A stretch of DNA of 64,000 nt, from the IMG/VR virus record IMGVR_UViG_3300005279_000195, one strand, 5' to 3'. Under the pieces are notes generated by a model. That model was not told the DNA's origin. It saw nothing but the letters and a program-made list of their open reading frames with translations, and did not search any database. This DNA comes from a virus. Every line of letters starts with the position of its first letter. The stretch's first letter is position 1. A program made the translations under genes and the position numbers. Below, piece after piece: positions 36,278 through 45,407 of the stretch.

Positions 36278-37222
36278 ATGGCTTGGACAACAGAAGATTA
36301 CAATAACGCACTGAAGAACACTTATGAGTGGGCAAAGTCCCAACTCTCCGACGCCAACCGTGCCGCAATCAAGGCGAGCACCGACAAACTCAATCAGGGC
36401 ACAATGCTCTTGTCTACTAAGTACGGTTCCCACAACCTGATGGGCGGCAACAGACCGTTTGAGATTTGGGTGTTGCAGTCCACAATTACCAATCCACCCA
36501 GAATTGAAACTGCCGACGGCAAGACTTTCTACCCGACTGAAATCCGCGGTACGATTAAGCAGTCCGGTTATTTTACCGCAGCGTACTATTTCTGGGCTAT
36601 GATTACGGGTTGGGAGCACAAGACCGGCCGCGTAGTCAATCCTGACAACCTGACAGAGGTGTTCGGCAAGAGTGCTCCTATCACAGTTAACTACAAGGAT
36701 GACAAGACCTATGTCAACTTCCAGATGAGCGTGTGCGTAAGAACTCAAACGCCCAACTCCGATTGGCAGCTCACTCAGCTTGGTTCGGAAATTGAAGGCA
36801 AGGTTTTGAACGCCGCTTCCGCCGACGCTATCTTGAACCCCGTTCCGAGGACAGATGGCAAGAGCGACTCCGCTTCTGCCCTCATAGTGCCTTCTGCGTA
36901 CTTCGGTAAAAACGATATTATCAAGACGCGTGTCGCTTCTTTGACTGTTGTGCCTTATGTATCTCGCGAAGTCGAGATTGACACATCAGACCTTGACGCT
37001 ATGTTCAATCAGGATGTAACGCCCGTAGCACCCGTAGCACCCGTAGCACCCGCTGCACCTGCACCCCAGCAGCAGTACGCACAGCCTGCTCAGCCTCAGT
37101 ACGCACCTGCCCCTCAGCAGGCGCCGGCAGCACCCGCAGTGGCAAACAACGCCGCAGGCGAGCCCGGCGCGGGCGATGAGTTCGGAGCAGATGACGACTT
37201 CGGTTGCGGCTTCTCGATTTGA
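36278..37222 (+). CDS. SSB/annealase-like protein with Pro/Ala/Gln linker and acidic-aromatic C-terminal tail
   Basis: Follows DUF2800 where an SSB usually sits; tail PVAPVAP..QQQYAQP..DEFGADDDFGCGFSI. Function inferred only. Confidence 0.5.
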   Translation: MAWTTEDYNNALKNTYEWAKSQLSDANRAAIKASTDKLNQGTMLLSTKYGSHNLMGGNRPFEIWVLQSTITNPPRIETADGKTFYPTEIRGTIKQSGYFTAAYYFWAMITGWEHKTGRVVNPDNLTEVFGKSAPITVNYKDDKTYVNFQMSVCVRTQTPNSDWQLTQLGSEIEGKVLNAASADAILNPVPRTDGKSDSASALIVPSAYFGKNDIIKTRVASLTVVPYVSREVEIDTSDLDAMFNQDVTPVAPVAPVAPAAPAPQQQYAQPAQPQYAPAPQQAPAAPAVANNAAGEPGAGDEFGADDDFGCGFSI

Positions 37223-37246
37223 CACTCTACCCTTCCGGTTCAAGAG

Positions 37247-37285
37247 GAAATCGGCCTGTCCCGCGGGGCGGGTCGGTTTCTTTCC
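37247..37285 (+). terminator. intrinsic terminator
   Basis: CGGCCTGTCC/GGCGGGTCG(G) stem followed by TTTCTTT. Confidence 0.6.
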
Positions 37286-37310
37286 GTTTATTCACAAGGA
37301 GATATAACTT

Positions 37311-37841
37311 ATGCTGATGAAACTAAGACCCGAGTACGCCGAGAAACTGGGCGGCGATGAGATTAACTGTGAGAACATAACGGCGCTTGCGGACAGGGAA
37401 AATGTCGCCATAGAGAATATGGTCGATTACAGCACCGTGAACTGGGGCGCGGACAGGTTCGCGTTCGATGATGACGGCGAGCACCTTATCGAAGCGTATA
37501 TTAACTGGGACGCCGCGGACGGCCCGCAAGTGGTTGTGGATTATTACGACTACTGTGACCTCGCCGTGGCTATTCTCGACAGTGAGAATATCGCCGCGTA
37601 CCAACAGGGCGCGGTGGCTTGGAACAAGTTGTCCGAGAAGGCCCATATCAGCGACATCTACGACTGGTCGGACGAGTTCTGGCCCGCGGGAGAAAGTGCG
37701 TTCTTGGCGCCGTGCGACTTGGAGTTCCCGACAGTCGAGCCGTGCCCTATGACCTCTGTTCTGCTCGAAAAAGTACGGGAAAAGTTGACCGAGTTCGGCT
37801 TTTTGAGCGCAGAACACAATATTTTGGGGTCAGAGGCTTGA
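37311..37841 (+). CDS. hypothetical acidic protein (176 aa)
   Basis: AAGGAG RBS. Confidence 0.8.
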   Translation: MLMKLRPEYAEKLGGDEINCENITALADRENVAIENMVDYSTVNWGADRFAFDDDGEHLIEAYINWDAADGPQVVVDYYDYCDLAVAILDSENIAAYQQGAVAWNKLSEKAHISDIYDWSDEFWPAGESAFLAPCDLEFPTVEPCPMTSVLLEKVREKLTEFGFLSAEHNILGSEA

Positions 37842-37872
37842 CAGACCACAAGATGTGTGCTACTTTATAGCT

Positions 37873-37939
37873 ACCACATTACCACAATACTCAAGAAAAC
37901 AATCAGAAAACCCCGGCAATGATGTCGGGGCTTTCTTTT
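37873..37939 (+). ncRNA. candidate sRNA unit 7 (solitary)
   Basis: TTGACA(37838)-17-TACTTT with extended TG; terminator CCCCGGC/GTCGGGG followed by CTTTCTTTT; no ORF. Confidence 0.5.
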
Positions 37940-38018
37940 GGTATAGGAGAACAAAGACTGTAGCAAAGTGTCTTATCTGTGAACGCCGGGTTCTTCTTCC
38001 GGCCTAAACTCTATCGCC

Positions 38019-38219
38019 TCAATCTTCCTGCACACAGTCGCACTCTTGCAAACTGATTGTGTCATCTTCTTCCGCGCTGTTTATATCCCATGGACTCCTC
38101 CAGAACAGGTCATCGAAGTCTGCGTTGGCTGCAAGTTCCGTAGCCGCACTTTCGTTTTCGGCAGCAACATATACATAGCCACTCTTGGATACCGCGATGC
38201 GATATGTTTTCAAAGCCAT
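38019..38219 (-). CDS. small protein, possibly DpnD/PcfM-like (66 aa)
   Basis: K.YRI.+......YV.AENE..A.E.A pattern; AAAGGAG RBS. Confidence 0.55.
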   Translation of the reverse strand: MALKTYRIAVSKSGYVYVAAENESAATELAANADFDDLFWRSPWDINSAEEDDTISLQECDCVQED

Positions 38220-38233
38220 GTCTGTATCTCCTT

Positions 38234-38683
38234 TCACCACAATATATAGCAGCCGCGTCCCCACCCGTTGAGCGTAACGCCCGTAAATACGGCGGCGGGG
38301 TTCTCAAAATACCCATCCGTCATCTGGCCCTCTACCGCGTCGTCCAGCACCGCGAGTTCCTCCTCGGTCAGGTCGTGGTCGACAGTAATCGAGATAACCA
38401 TATACCCGCCGAGTTTATATCGGACAACGGCTTTGGTAACACCGTCCACTCCGAAGCAAGCCCGAAGATGTTCCCTGCGTTCCTTCCCGCGCTTTGTGCC
38501 TTCCGCAAAGTTATACTCGTTCTGAGCCAAAACTTCTTCGAGCAGGCCGGGATTGTTTTTGCGGAACCGTGCAATCTGAGTCCGGGTAAGAGGTTGGCCC
38601 GCGAGTGCCTCGTCCATCGCTTCCTCGTAATTTATACCGAAGAAAATGCCATATCCGACTGGGTATCTATATGTATGTGCCAT
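38234..38683 (-). CDS. hypothetical protein (149 aa; LT.EEL..L.D..EGQ.TDGY.E motif)
   Basis: GAGGAGG RBS before the ATG at 38683. Confidence 0.75.
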   Translation of the reverse strand: MAHTYRYPVGYGIFFGINYEEAMDEALAGQPLTRTQIARFRKNNPGLLEEVLAQNEYNFAEGTKRGKERREHLRACFGVDGVTKAVVRYKLGGYMVISITVDHDLTEEELAVLDDAVEGQMTDGYFENPAAVFTGVTLNGWGRGCYILW

Positions 38684-38723
38684 AGGGTTGTGCCTCCTCA
38701 ACTGTGCTGATTTTCCTGTCTTA

Positions 38724-39239
38724 TTAGCCGTAATATATAAATTCAACTTCATCGGGCTCGCAACCGAAAATCTTTGTGAGATTGTCGGCGGTCATTTCCG
38801 CGAAACTTTCCGGTGTAAGGTGCTTGAGCGCGCCTTTGAAATCCCACGGCATACCCTCAAGAAGAATCACGCCGCCGTTTTCATCCTCGTGTACGCCATA
38901 GTAAGATAGCGGCAAACCGAGTTCTTCCAACGCCCAATCAACGCTCAACGCGGCAACAAGCTCGCAGAAAAGTACACCGTCGATGCTGCTCTCGATATAT
39001 TCTAAATACTCATAAGCCGAGTCGAAATCCGATAACGGTTTCGCTTCGTCGAAATTCTCGTTGAAATCCGTGTTCTCAACTACTTCGTTCGCAAAGCCCG
39101 CCGCCTTGTCACGAAGTATTCGGTCTATCCACCCGGCTATCAGGTCCAAATCCGCCCCACGCTGTTTGAGCACATCCGCAGTCAAGTTGAAGTCATTGTT
39201 CCAACCGTATCCTCTATAGTGATATTCTCGCATTGACAT
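38724..39239 (-). CDS. hypothetical acidic protein (171 aa)
   Basis: AGAAAGGA RBS. Confidence 0.8.
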   Translation of the reverse strand: MSMREYHYRGYGWNNDFNLTADVLKQRGADLDLIAGWIDRILRDKAAGFANEVVENTDFNENFDEAKPLSDFDSAYEYLEYIESSIDGVLFCELVAALSVDWALEELGLPLSYYGVHEDENGGVILLEGMPWDFKGALKHLTPESFAEMTADNLTKIFGCEPDEVEFIYYG

Positions 39240-39324
39240 AATCTGTATCCTTTCTTAACTGTGCTGATTTCATCGGTGTGCATCTAAGCGGGGCAAGGAC
39301 TCCTCGCCCCGCACCACACACCTC

Positions 39325-39858
39325 CTATCTGAACGCGAACACCACTTGTGCCTCGGGCAACCTCGCGTTGATTTTGTTCTTTATCTCGCGCATCTTCTTC
39401 GAGAGGTCAATCTCCGTGATACGCCTTGCCCCGATACCCGCGCACCGCGTATCTTTCACGGACAACTCCCAACGGTCTGCGTCTGTCGAGATGATAACGG
39501 TGATGGTATCGACCTCAGGCTTCGTTGCGGCGATACCCGCCTTGATGCCCTCTGCGATGGCTATAGCCAACTCCGAACAATCGAAGTTAATGCCGCTTCC
39601 CGCGCCCGCCTCGGTTACGCAGTATTCTTCGTACGAGAGTCCCGTGCGTTCTTTGACGGTGGCGATTTTGTCCTCGGAGATTTTGCCCTTGTTGCGGCAG
39701 TAAGCCAGTGTTGCCGATGCCCCGAAGATGTAGTACGAAAGGTCGTTCTGATTTTTGTAGTTCGCCTTTGCCGCCTTCGCTTTAGGCTTCACCAACTCGC
39801 ACAACTTGTCACAAGTGGCTTTGGAAAACGGCCTCATCTGAACAGGTGTTCTTGCCAT
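39325..39858 (-). CDS. hypothetical protein (177 aa)
   Basis: First gene after the AT-rich divergent promoter region at 39.9-40.1 kb. Confidence 0.8.
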   Translation of the reverse strand: MARTPVQMRPFSKATCDKLCELVKPKAKAAKANYKNQNDLSYYIFGASATLAYCRNKGKISEDKIATVKERTGLSYEEYCVTEAGAGSGINFDCSELAIAIAEGIKAGIAATKPEVDTITVIISTDADRWELSVKDTRCAGIGARRITEIDLSKKMREIKNKINARLPEAQVVFAFR

Positions 39859-39899
39859 AGTCTTTATCCTTCCCTTCTTGTAAATGATGTATTATTTGC

Positions 39900-40130
39900 A
39901 ACTAAATTGCTTATAAGTATATTATACTCGCCCCGCATTGAAAGTCAAGCACTTTTATTGCATTTTGTGGAAATATTTTTAATCTCGTTTGTTTGGATGC
40001 GCCTATATTATAATAGTTTTCATATCAAAAACACACTCCGAAATTTTTTATACAAAATTACAATTTCTTTTATCAAAAGGCTTGCATTTTATTATAAAGA
40101 TGTTATAATTAGTACATAAGAACAAAGCAA
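39900..40130. promoter_or_regulatory. AT-rich divergent promoter region
   Basis: Minus strand TTGACT-16-TATAAT (~39950-39922); plus strand TTGCAT-16-TATAAT (~40082-40109). Confidence 0.6.
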
Positions 40131-40173
40131 CTTGTTCTTAAGAAATACAACTTAATATAGGAGGAACAAAACC

Positions 40174-40605
40174 ATGACACTTGAAACTTACTCTGCTCAG
40201 CTTATCGACACGACTACCGTTGCGGCAACACTGCTCGAAAGGCTCAACGATGACAAGCATAACCTGAGTGTTATCGCAGACGAGGCCGAGGCACTGTTTG
40301 ATATGAGCATTATCGCCTACGACAAGCACGGCGAACCGACTGACAAGGTCAAAGGCAAAGGTACAGTAGTCCTCGAACACAGACTCATCAGAGCGTGGCT
40401 CGAAAAAGGAACTGTGTGGGTATCGGTCAAGTCGGGCATCGACAACCTCTGCGGATACGAGTACGACAACATCGGCGAACTCATCTTCGACATCACTGCC
40501 GACAAGGGCATCTTCGACCAGTACGAAGTACAGCCTCGTGAAAGTTACACGGCACAGTGGGTTATAGCCGAAAGAGCACTCCGAGCCGCGGACGCTCTTA
40601 AATAA
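40174..40605 (+). CDS. hypothetical protein (143 aa)
   Basis: AGGAGG RBS. Confidence 0.8.
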   Translation: MTLETYSAQLIDTTTVAATLLERLNDDKHNLSVIADEAEALFDMSIIAYDKHGEPTDKVKGKGTVVLEHRLIRAWLEKGTVWVSVKSGIDNLCGYEYDNIGELIFDITADKGIFDQYEVQPRESYTAQWVIAERALRAADALK

Positions 40606-40750
40606 GTTTGAGAACCTCGGCGGTAGTCCTACGGACGCGTGGGGGAACGCCGCCGAGGGTTTAACCCTCCCCCGAAATAAATTCACTTTTCTTTTTATTT
40701 CCGACACAAAGGGAAACATCATCAAAGCATAATACAAAGGAGATATAACT

Positions 40751-41305
40751 ATGGGATTGGATATGTATATGGGCAAAATGAAGTCTTATAAAAACGACCA
40801 CCTCACATTTGAAAAAGCCCGCGACCTGCTTAATTCGGGCAACTACCGTCCCCTCTCGCTTGTCACTTGCCAAAATCTCGGCATCGAGGGCACAGAAATA
40901 AAGGACGAAGATGGCGGCACAGCGTACATCGTCGAGTGTCATCAGCCCGCGTATTGGCGCAAAACTAATCATATTCGCGGGTGGTTTGAAAGAAACTTGG
41001 AAGGGTTCGGAGACAACTGCGCTACTCGAATTGAAGATGAACAGTTAGACGAACTTAAAGGACTTTGTCAGGACATACTCGCCGAGTATGAAGAACTCGA
41101 AAAGGAGCATGGCGAAGGCGTGTATGACTATTATAACAGCCACGACACGAAAGCCTCTGAACTCCTCCCACCCACAGAAGGCTTCTTCTTTGGCTGTTCC
41201 TCGTACGGTGAGTGGTACTTCGAGGACTTGGAACTTACCATCGAGAACATCGAGGAGGTTCAGGCTATCGAGGGCGGGGTTGCGTACTACGATGAGTGGT
41301 ACTGA
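40751..41305 (+). CDS. conserved phage-type protein of unknown function (MGLD...YWRK.N.I.GWF...LLP..GFFFG family)
   Basis: Motifs visible in the translation; family recalled from phage genomes, function unknown. Confidence 0.75.
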   Translation: MGLDMYMGKMKSYKNDHLTFEKARDLLNSGNYRPLSLVTCQNLGIEGTEIKDEDGGTAYIVECHQPAYWRKTNHIRGWFERNLEGFGDNCATRIEDEQLDELKGLCQDILAEYEELEKEHGEGVYDYYNSHDTKASELLPPTEGFFFGCSSYGEWYFEDLELTIENIEEVQAIEGGVAYYDEWY

Positions 41306-41373
41306 TAAAAGGCGAAAGCGCAAGGATTGAAAATACAGAGATTGAAATTAAGAAAAGAAAGGAAATTACGACT

Positions 41374-41616
41374 ATGACTAAATACTTTTTACTCGGTGCG
41401 GACAACGACGGTTACGACATTTGGATTGAGAGGGTTTTCGATACAGAGAGCGAGGCCAAAAAAGCCCTTGAAAATTGGCTTAACAATCAAGAGAGCGACC
41501 TTCAGGCTGACGGCTTTTCCGAGGATGCCTTGGAAACTGATATAGGCGAAAACTATGCGTCGGTTTACACAGGCGAGACACTGTATTACGTCTCTATCTG
41601 CAAATACGACATCTAA
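41374..41616 (+). CDS. small acidic protein, paralogue A (80 aa)
   Basis: Shares a 49-bp leader/start and its length with 41691..41933. Confidence 0.85.
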   Translation: MTKYFLLGADNDGYDIWIERVFDTESEAKKALENWLNNQESDLQADGFSEDALETDIGENYASVYTGETLYYVSICKYDI

Positions 41617-41690
41617 GAGTAGTGCGGCGGGGCTCTGTTCCGCAGAGCCCCACCTTGATTGAAATTAAGAAAAGAAAGGAAATTACGACT

Positions 41691-41933
41691 ATGACTAAAT
41701 ACTTTGTATGTGAAGCCGACCACGAAAATTGTTACGTTTTTATCCGTAGCGTTCGTGACACCAAAGAAGAGGCTCGGAAAGACCTCAAAACGTGGCTCGA
41801 CGAAGCGATTGAAATGTGCCTCGGCAACGACTGCGACGAAGACGAATTAGAAACATACCTCGACGAAGACACTGCAACGATGTATTGCGATGGCACTTTC
41901 GCCTACGCTTGTATCACCGAGAAGGAAATTTGA
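41691..41933 (+). CDS. small acidic protein, paralogue B (80 aa)
   Basis: Paralogue of 41374..41616. Confidence 0.85.
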   Translation: MTKYFVCEADHENCYVFIRSVRDTKEEARKDLKTWLDEAIEMCLGNDCDEDELETYLDEDTATMYCDGTFAYACITEKEI

Positions 41934-41956
41934 CAAAAGGAAGGGTGGACAAAACT

Positions 41957-42310
41957 ATGTATATCACGACCATATTAACTCTGAAAGACAATATCCCCAC
42001 GGAGTTCAGGCAGGGCACACACCTCTCAGACGACTCGGCGATAAGAGCCGTGCGTCAAGCATTAGTGTTCTATTTGAGAGACCATGCCGAGAAATTGGGC
42101 TTGACCGACGATGAAAGAGGTCGCCTCTTTGAGATTTGGGCTCTTCTTCAGCAGTACGGCGCATACTGCGGAGAAAAAGGAGCCGTTAACATCGACTATC
42201 GCGAGACAAACGGACTTCCGATAGCTACGGTGAGTTATTTTGACAAAGACACAGTCTTCCCTACAACCTGCATCTTTGCTGCGTCAGAGATTAAATCGGA
42301 AAGGAGATGA
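41957..42310 (+). CDS. hypothetical protein (117 aa)
   Basis: ATG at 41957 after a purine-rich RBS. Confidence 0.7.
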   Translation: MYITTILTLKDNIPTEFRQGTHLSDDSAIRAVRQALVFYLRDHAEKLGLTDDERGRLFEIWALLQQYGAYCGEKGAVNIDYRETNGLPIATVSYFDKDTVFPTTCIFAASEIKSERR

Positions 42311-42316
42311 CTTGCT

Positions 42317-42730
42317 GTGATTGACAATACCAGAATTGATATGGAAGTAGCGCACGCCATCATCGGCATTGAACGCGCACTCAAAAAGCAGAACGAATTG
42401 CTGGAAAAGCTCGTCCAAGACAAGAGGCCGCAGCCTGAAATATCAACCGCCGCTGCTCAGTACGCCCTCATCTGCTTTATGCCGACTCAAACGGTGTTAA
42501 TGGGCGTGTACGGCACTTATGAAGCCGCCCGCACGGCCATGGCTAAAGACATCGCGGAAGTTTTGCGCGATGACAATTACGCCGCCGCCGACATCAGCGT
42601 TATCGAAGGCTGGGCCGACAACGGCGAAGGGTTTACCGACGACGTTGGCCTTTATATCTACGACGGCCGCGCGTGGTATGTCGGCAAGACTCAAGAATAC
42701 GACTGGCTCGTGTTTCGGGTGAGCCGATAA
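42317..42730 (+). CDS. coiled-coil + acidic domain protein, paralogue C (137 aa)
   Basis: YALIC...VLMGVY.TYE.AR..MA.DIAEVL shared with the next gene. Confidence 0.8.
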   Translation: MIDNTRIDMEVAHAIIGIERALKKQNELLEKLVQDKRPQPEISTAAAQYALICFMPTQTVLMGVYGTYEAARTAMAKDIAEVLRDDNYAAADISVIEGWADNGEGFTDDVGLYIYDGRAWYVGKTQEYDWLVFRVSR

Positions 42731-42747
42731 ACGGAGGAGACTGTGAT

Positions 42748-43260
42748 ATGGCCGCAAACAAAGCAAAACAAACCAACGCGTCCCCTACCAAGGAAGTTGC
42801 CACCGCGCTGAAGAAGTTGTGCGAGATACAGCAGACACAACTCGCTAAACTTAACACGGAACTTAACGCCTTACATCGGAAACTCGAACTTCAAAACACC
42901 GAGATTGTCGCGCAGAACAAATCGCTGCGCGAGGCGATAGCCTCGATGCAAACCGCACCCGCTATTTCCTCTGCGACTCGTTACGCGTTCATTTGCACCG
43001 TATCCCGCGAGTCGGTTCTGATGGGTGTGTATGACAGCTACGAGAAGGCGCGCTCCGAGATGGCCGATGACATAGCGGAGGTGTTGGAAAATAACAACTA
43101 TCCGCAGGATTTCCGCGAGTCGGTCAGGCAGAATGTATCCGCCGGAGTCCCTATTGACACCAACGTTCTCGGCGCGGGTGACGGCTTCGCGTGGTTCAAC
43201 GCGGACTCGGATACAGTTTTCGATTGGAACATCTTTGAGATAAAGCCTTGGTGTGAATGA
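42748..43260 (+). CDS. coiled-coil + acidic domain protein, paralogue D (170 aa)
   Basis: GGAGG RBS; paralogue of 42317..42730. Confidence 0.8.
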   Translation: MAANKAKQTNASPTKEVATALKKLCEIQQTQLAKLNTELNALHRKLELQNTEIVAQNKSLREAIASMQTAPAISSATRYAFICTVSRESVLMGVYDSYEKARSEMADDIAEVLENNNYPQDFRESVRQNVSAGVPIDTNVLGAGDGFAWFNADSDTVFDWNIFEIKPWCE

Positions 43261-43290
43261 GCCTGATTTTAGACTGATTTCAGACTAACA

Positions 43291-43319
43291 CCGCCCTGAA
43301 ATCGGGGCGGTTTTTCTTC
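43291..43319 (+). terminator. intrinsic terminator
   Basis: CCGCCC-tgaaatcg-GGGCGG followed by TTTTTCTT. Confidence 0.75.
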
Positions 43320-43429
43320 GCCGAAAAACTTGTACGAAATTATAATATTCTTATAATATTTCACTTGACATTTGATGCAGGCGTGTTATACTTAATACAT
43401 GGAACAAAGAACAAGGAGATAATACAACA

Positions 43430-43903
43430 ATGAAGAACAAATACGGCGTAGAATATCGGCTTTTGCGTGAAATCCCGACAAACAAGCAGGACAGTTTCTG
43501 GTACAGTGGAGATGTAGCCGAAGTTGACTATAACGGCAAGAAGTTTACATTGAAAGCCGTGGGCCCGACAGAGATTGTATTGACGAAGAGATATAGCACA
43601 GAGGTCGTGTTCGAGTTTCAGGACTTGGCTGAGACCGGCGACAGGGGCAACTTTGAGAAGTACATTGATAACGACCACGACCTTATTCAGGCTATGAACC
43701 CCACTTCACCTTTCAAGTATAAGTTAAACGAACGCTATTGCCATTACAACGCTCTGGAGTGGTTCGCGGAAGGCGTAGACGAGGGTTTCCATATCGGAAT
43801 GGCAAGTGAGATTTTAGACGCTATGGAGGAACTTGACACAGAGAAGATGACAAAGATTTACGACCACTTCTACCCTGCCCCCGAAGAGAGCATAACCAAG
43901 TAA
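43430..43903 (+). CDS. hypothetical acidic protein, paralogue of 45408..45902
   Basis: NK.GV.Y.LL......KQ..FW+.G.VAE+D shared between the two; downstream of TTGACA-16-TATACT. Confidence 0.8.
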   Translation: MKNKYGVEYRLLREIPTNKQDSFWYSGDVAEVDYNGKKFTLKAVGPTEIVLTKRYSTEVVFEFQDLAETGDRGNFEKYIDNDHDLIQAMNPTSPFKYKLNERYCHYNALEWFAEGVDEGFHIGMASEILDAMEELDTEKMTKIYDHFYPAPEESITK

Positions 43904-43948
43904 GACCTAACCGAAGATAAGACAAACGCGAGAAAGGAGAGCCGAGAG

Positions 43949-44332
43949 ATGAAGATTGAGCAAAGAGAAGTTATCTATATGAAGCACGTTATCCCTAATC
44001 TGAAGAACTCAAGCAAACACGCCTCCTTCTACCGCGAAAACAGACTCTCGAAGGCTTTGGAACTCAACAACCGCTCGAAGGCAATCTCAACCTTTGTCGT
44101 AGACAGGAACCACAGAGACGGACAGGAGTTTCACGTAATAACCGAGAATGCTATTGTCTTTATCTTCAACAAGCGAAAGTACGAACAACACTCTCCCGAC
44201 TGTTTCATCACCGTGTTGATAGCGCGTCCGGGGCAGATTAAAAGGTACTACGACGCAATCGGCAGAACCGCCCCGGAAGATGTACTTAACGCAGCGAGAA
44301 CTTGGCAGAAAGCAGGATACAACAAGATTTGA
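43949..44332 (+). CDS. basic hypothetical protein (F.VD..H.DG.E.H.IT...ITVLIARPGQIKRYY motif)
   Basis: AGAAAGGAG RBS; phage-type motif of unknown function. Confidence 0.75.
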   Translation: MKIEQREVIYMKHVIPNLKNSSKHASFYRENRLSKALELNNRSKAISTFVVDRNHRDGQEFHVITENAIVFIFNKRKYEQHSPDCFITVLIARPGQIKRYYDAIGRTAPEDVLNAARTWQKAGYNKI

Positions 44333-44357
44333 AGCAAAGCTATGAAAGGAAACCGAA

Positions 44358-44957
44358 GTGATATTACCGTACATCGCAACAGGCCTCGCAAGCCTCGGTG
44401 CAGTCACCGCGATAATCTGCATCATCGTACTGATTATCAACGCCTTTTACGAAAGAGTGTGCGACCGGCTTAAAAGACCACCGAAGAAACAGACCGAACA
44501 GAAAATACGCAAACCAAACATACACAGCAAAGGAGCAAAGACCACTATGACAGGCACAACAGTTACAGTTATCTCGATTATCGTTATCGCGGTTCTGGTT
44601 TTCATCGTCGCAGGCGTTATCGCCTTCGTCTTCTGGGACAACAACCCGGTTATATCGGTATTGGCCGCAGTCGCGGGTATAGCACTGATTGCTTTTCTGA
44701 TTTACACAAGTTTTTACACCGAGTCGGGTAAAAGACGAATTAAGAATTGGGACTCAAACTTAGGCGGCGGTCTCCCCCGACAAGTGCGTGTGTACGATAT
44801 GGACGGCGACCTCATCGAGTCGTATGAAGGCACGTTCGACATCGAGTACGCCGACGAGCGTATCCTGTTCGACGACGAGGACGGCAATCGTCACGTTATC
44901 TACTTCAAGACAGGCACTGTTATCGTGGATGAGTTAAACACTGAAGATGAAGAGTAG
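44358..44957 (+). CDS. membrane protein (199 aa; alternative start at 44547)
   Basis: Three hydrophobic segments; RBS before both the GTG at 44358 and the ATG at 44547. Confidence 0.7.
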   Translation: MILPYIATGLASLGAVTAIICIIVLIINAFYERVCDRLKRPPKKQTEQKIRKPNIHSKGAKTTMTGTTVTVISIIVIAVLVFIVAGVIAFVFWDNNPVISVLAAVAGIALIAFLIYTSFYTESGKRRIKNWDSNLGGGLPRQVRVYDMDGDLIESYEGTFDIEYADERILFDDEDGNRHVIYFKTGTVIVDELNTEDEE

Positions 44958-45093
44958 TAAGCGAGACCCCGAGTTGGAGAAACTACTCAAAGAGTTGACC
45001 GCCAAGTATAAAGGCAAGTCCGCTCAGGAAATACACGACGATTTCAACAGCCGGGACAACGGCGAAGGAGATACACAAGATGAACGAACCTAA
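44947..45093 (+). CDS. possible small protein (48 aa, MKSSKRDPELEKLLKEL...)
   Basis: Fills the gap and overlaps both neighbours; no strong RBS. Confidence 0.35.
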   Translation: MKSSKRDPELEKLLKELTAKYKGKSAQEIHDDFNSRDNGEGDTQDERT

Positions 45094-45406
45094 ACTGGTC
45101 TGTTTCGAGAACAATTACATCGAGTATGGCGAAGACTTACGCGACAACCCCGACGCGTTGGCCGCCGTGTTCATCGACGGATACCCGAGGGACGAGAACG
45201 CCGAAGGCGAAGTGGTCGCGGTTGTATGGCTCACGAAGCATGGCGATATCATAACTGACTTTCACGACAACGCGTATAGGCTCGTACCGGAAGTCGAGAA
45301 ACTTGTGGAAAACTCTAAAGAGATTTTGCGTGAATACAGCCTTACAACGGATAAATTATTGAACCCCGCCGCACAGCAAGAGCCCGAACGCAACAAAGGA
45401 GACTGA
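45080..45406 (+). CDS. hypothetical acidic protein (108 aa)
   Basis: GAAGGAG RBS. Confidence 0.8.
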   Translation: MNEPKLVCFENNYIEYGEDLRDNPDALAAVFIDGYPRDENAEGEVVAVVWLTKHGDIITDFHDNAYRLVPEVEKLVENSKEILREYSLTTDKLLNPAAQQEPERNKGD

Positions 45407-45407
45407 T

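Noticed and set aside
37015-37150. GCACCCGTA-type tandem repeats
   Set aside because: They encode the Pro/Ala/Gln linker of the SSB-like protein; ordinary coding low complexity.
21800-37222. Intact prophage
   Set aside because: No terminase, portal, capsid, tail, holin or integrase is visible, and the module is split by plasmid-type genes.
38700-39270. 14-bp repeat AACTGTGCTGATTT upstream of two neighbouring genes
   Set aside because: Only two copies, directly adjoining the RBSs; too little to support a separate element.
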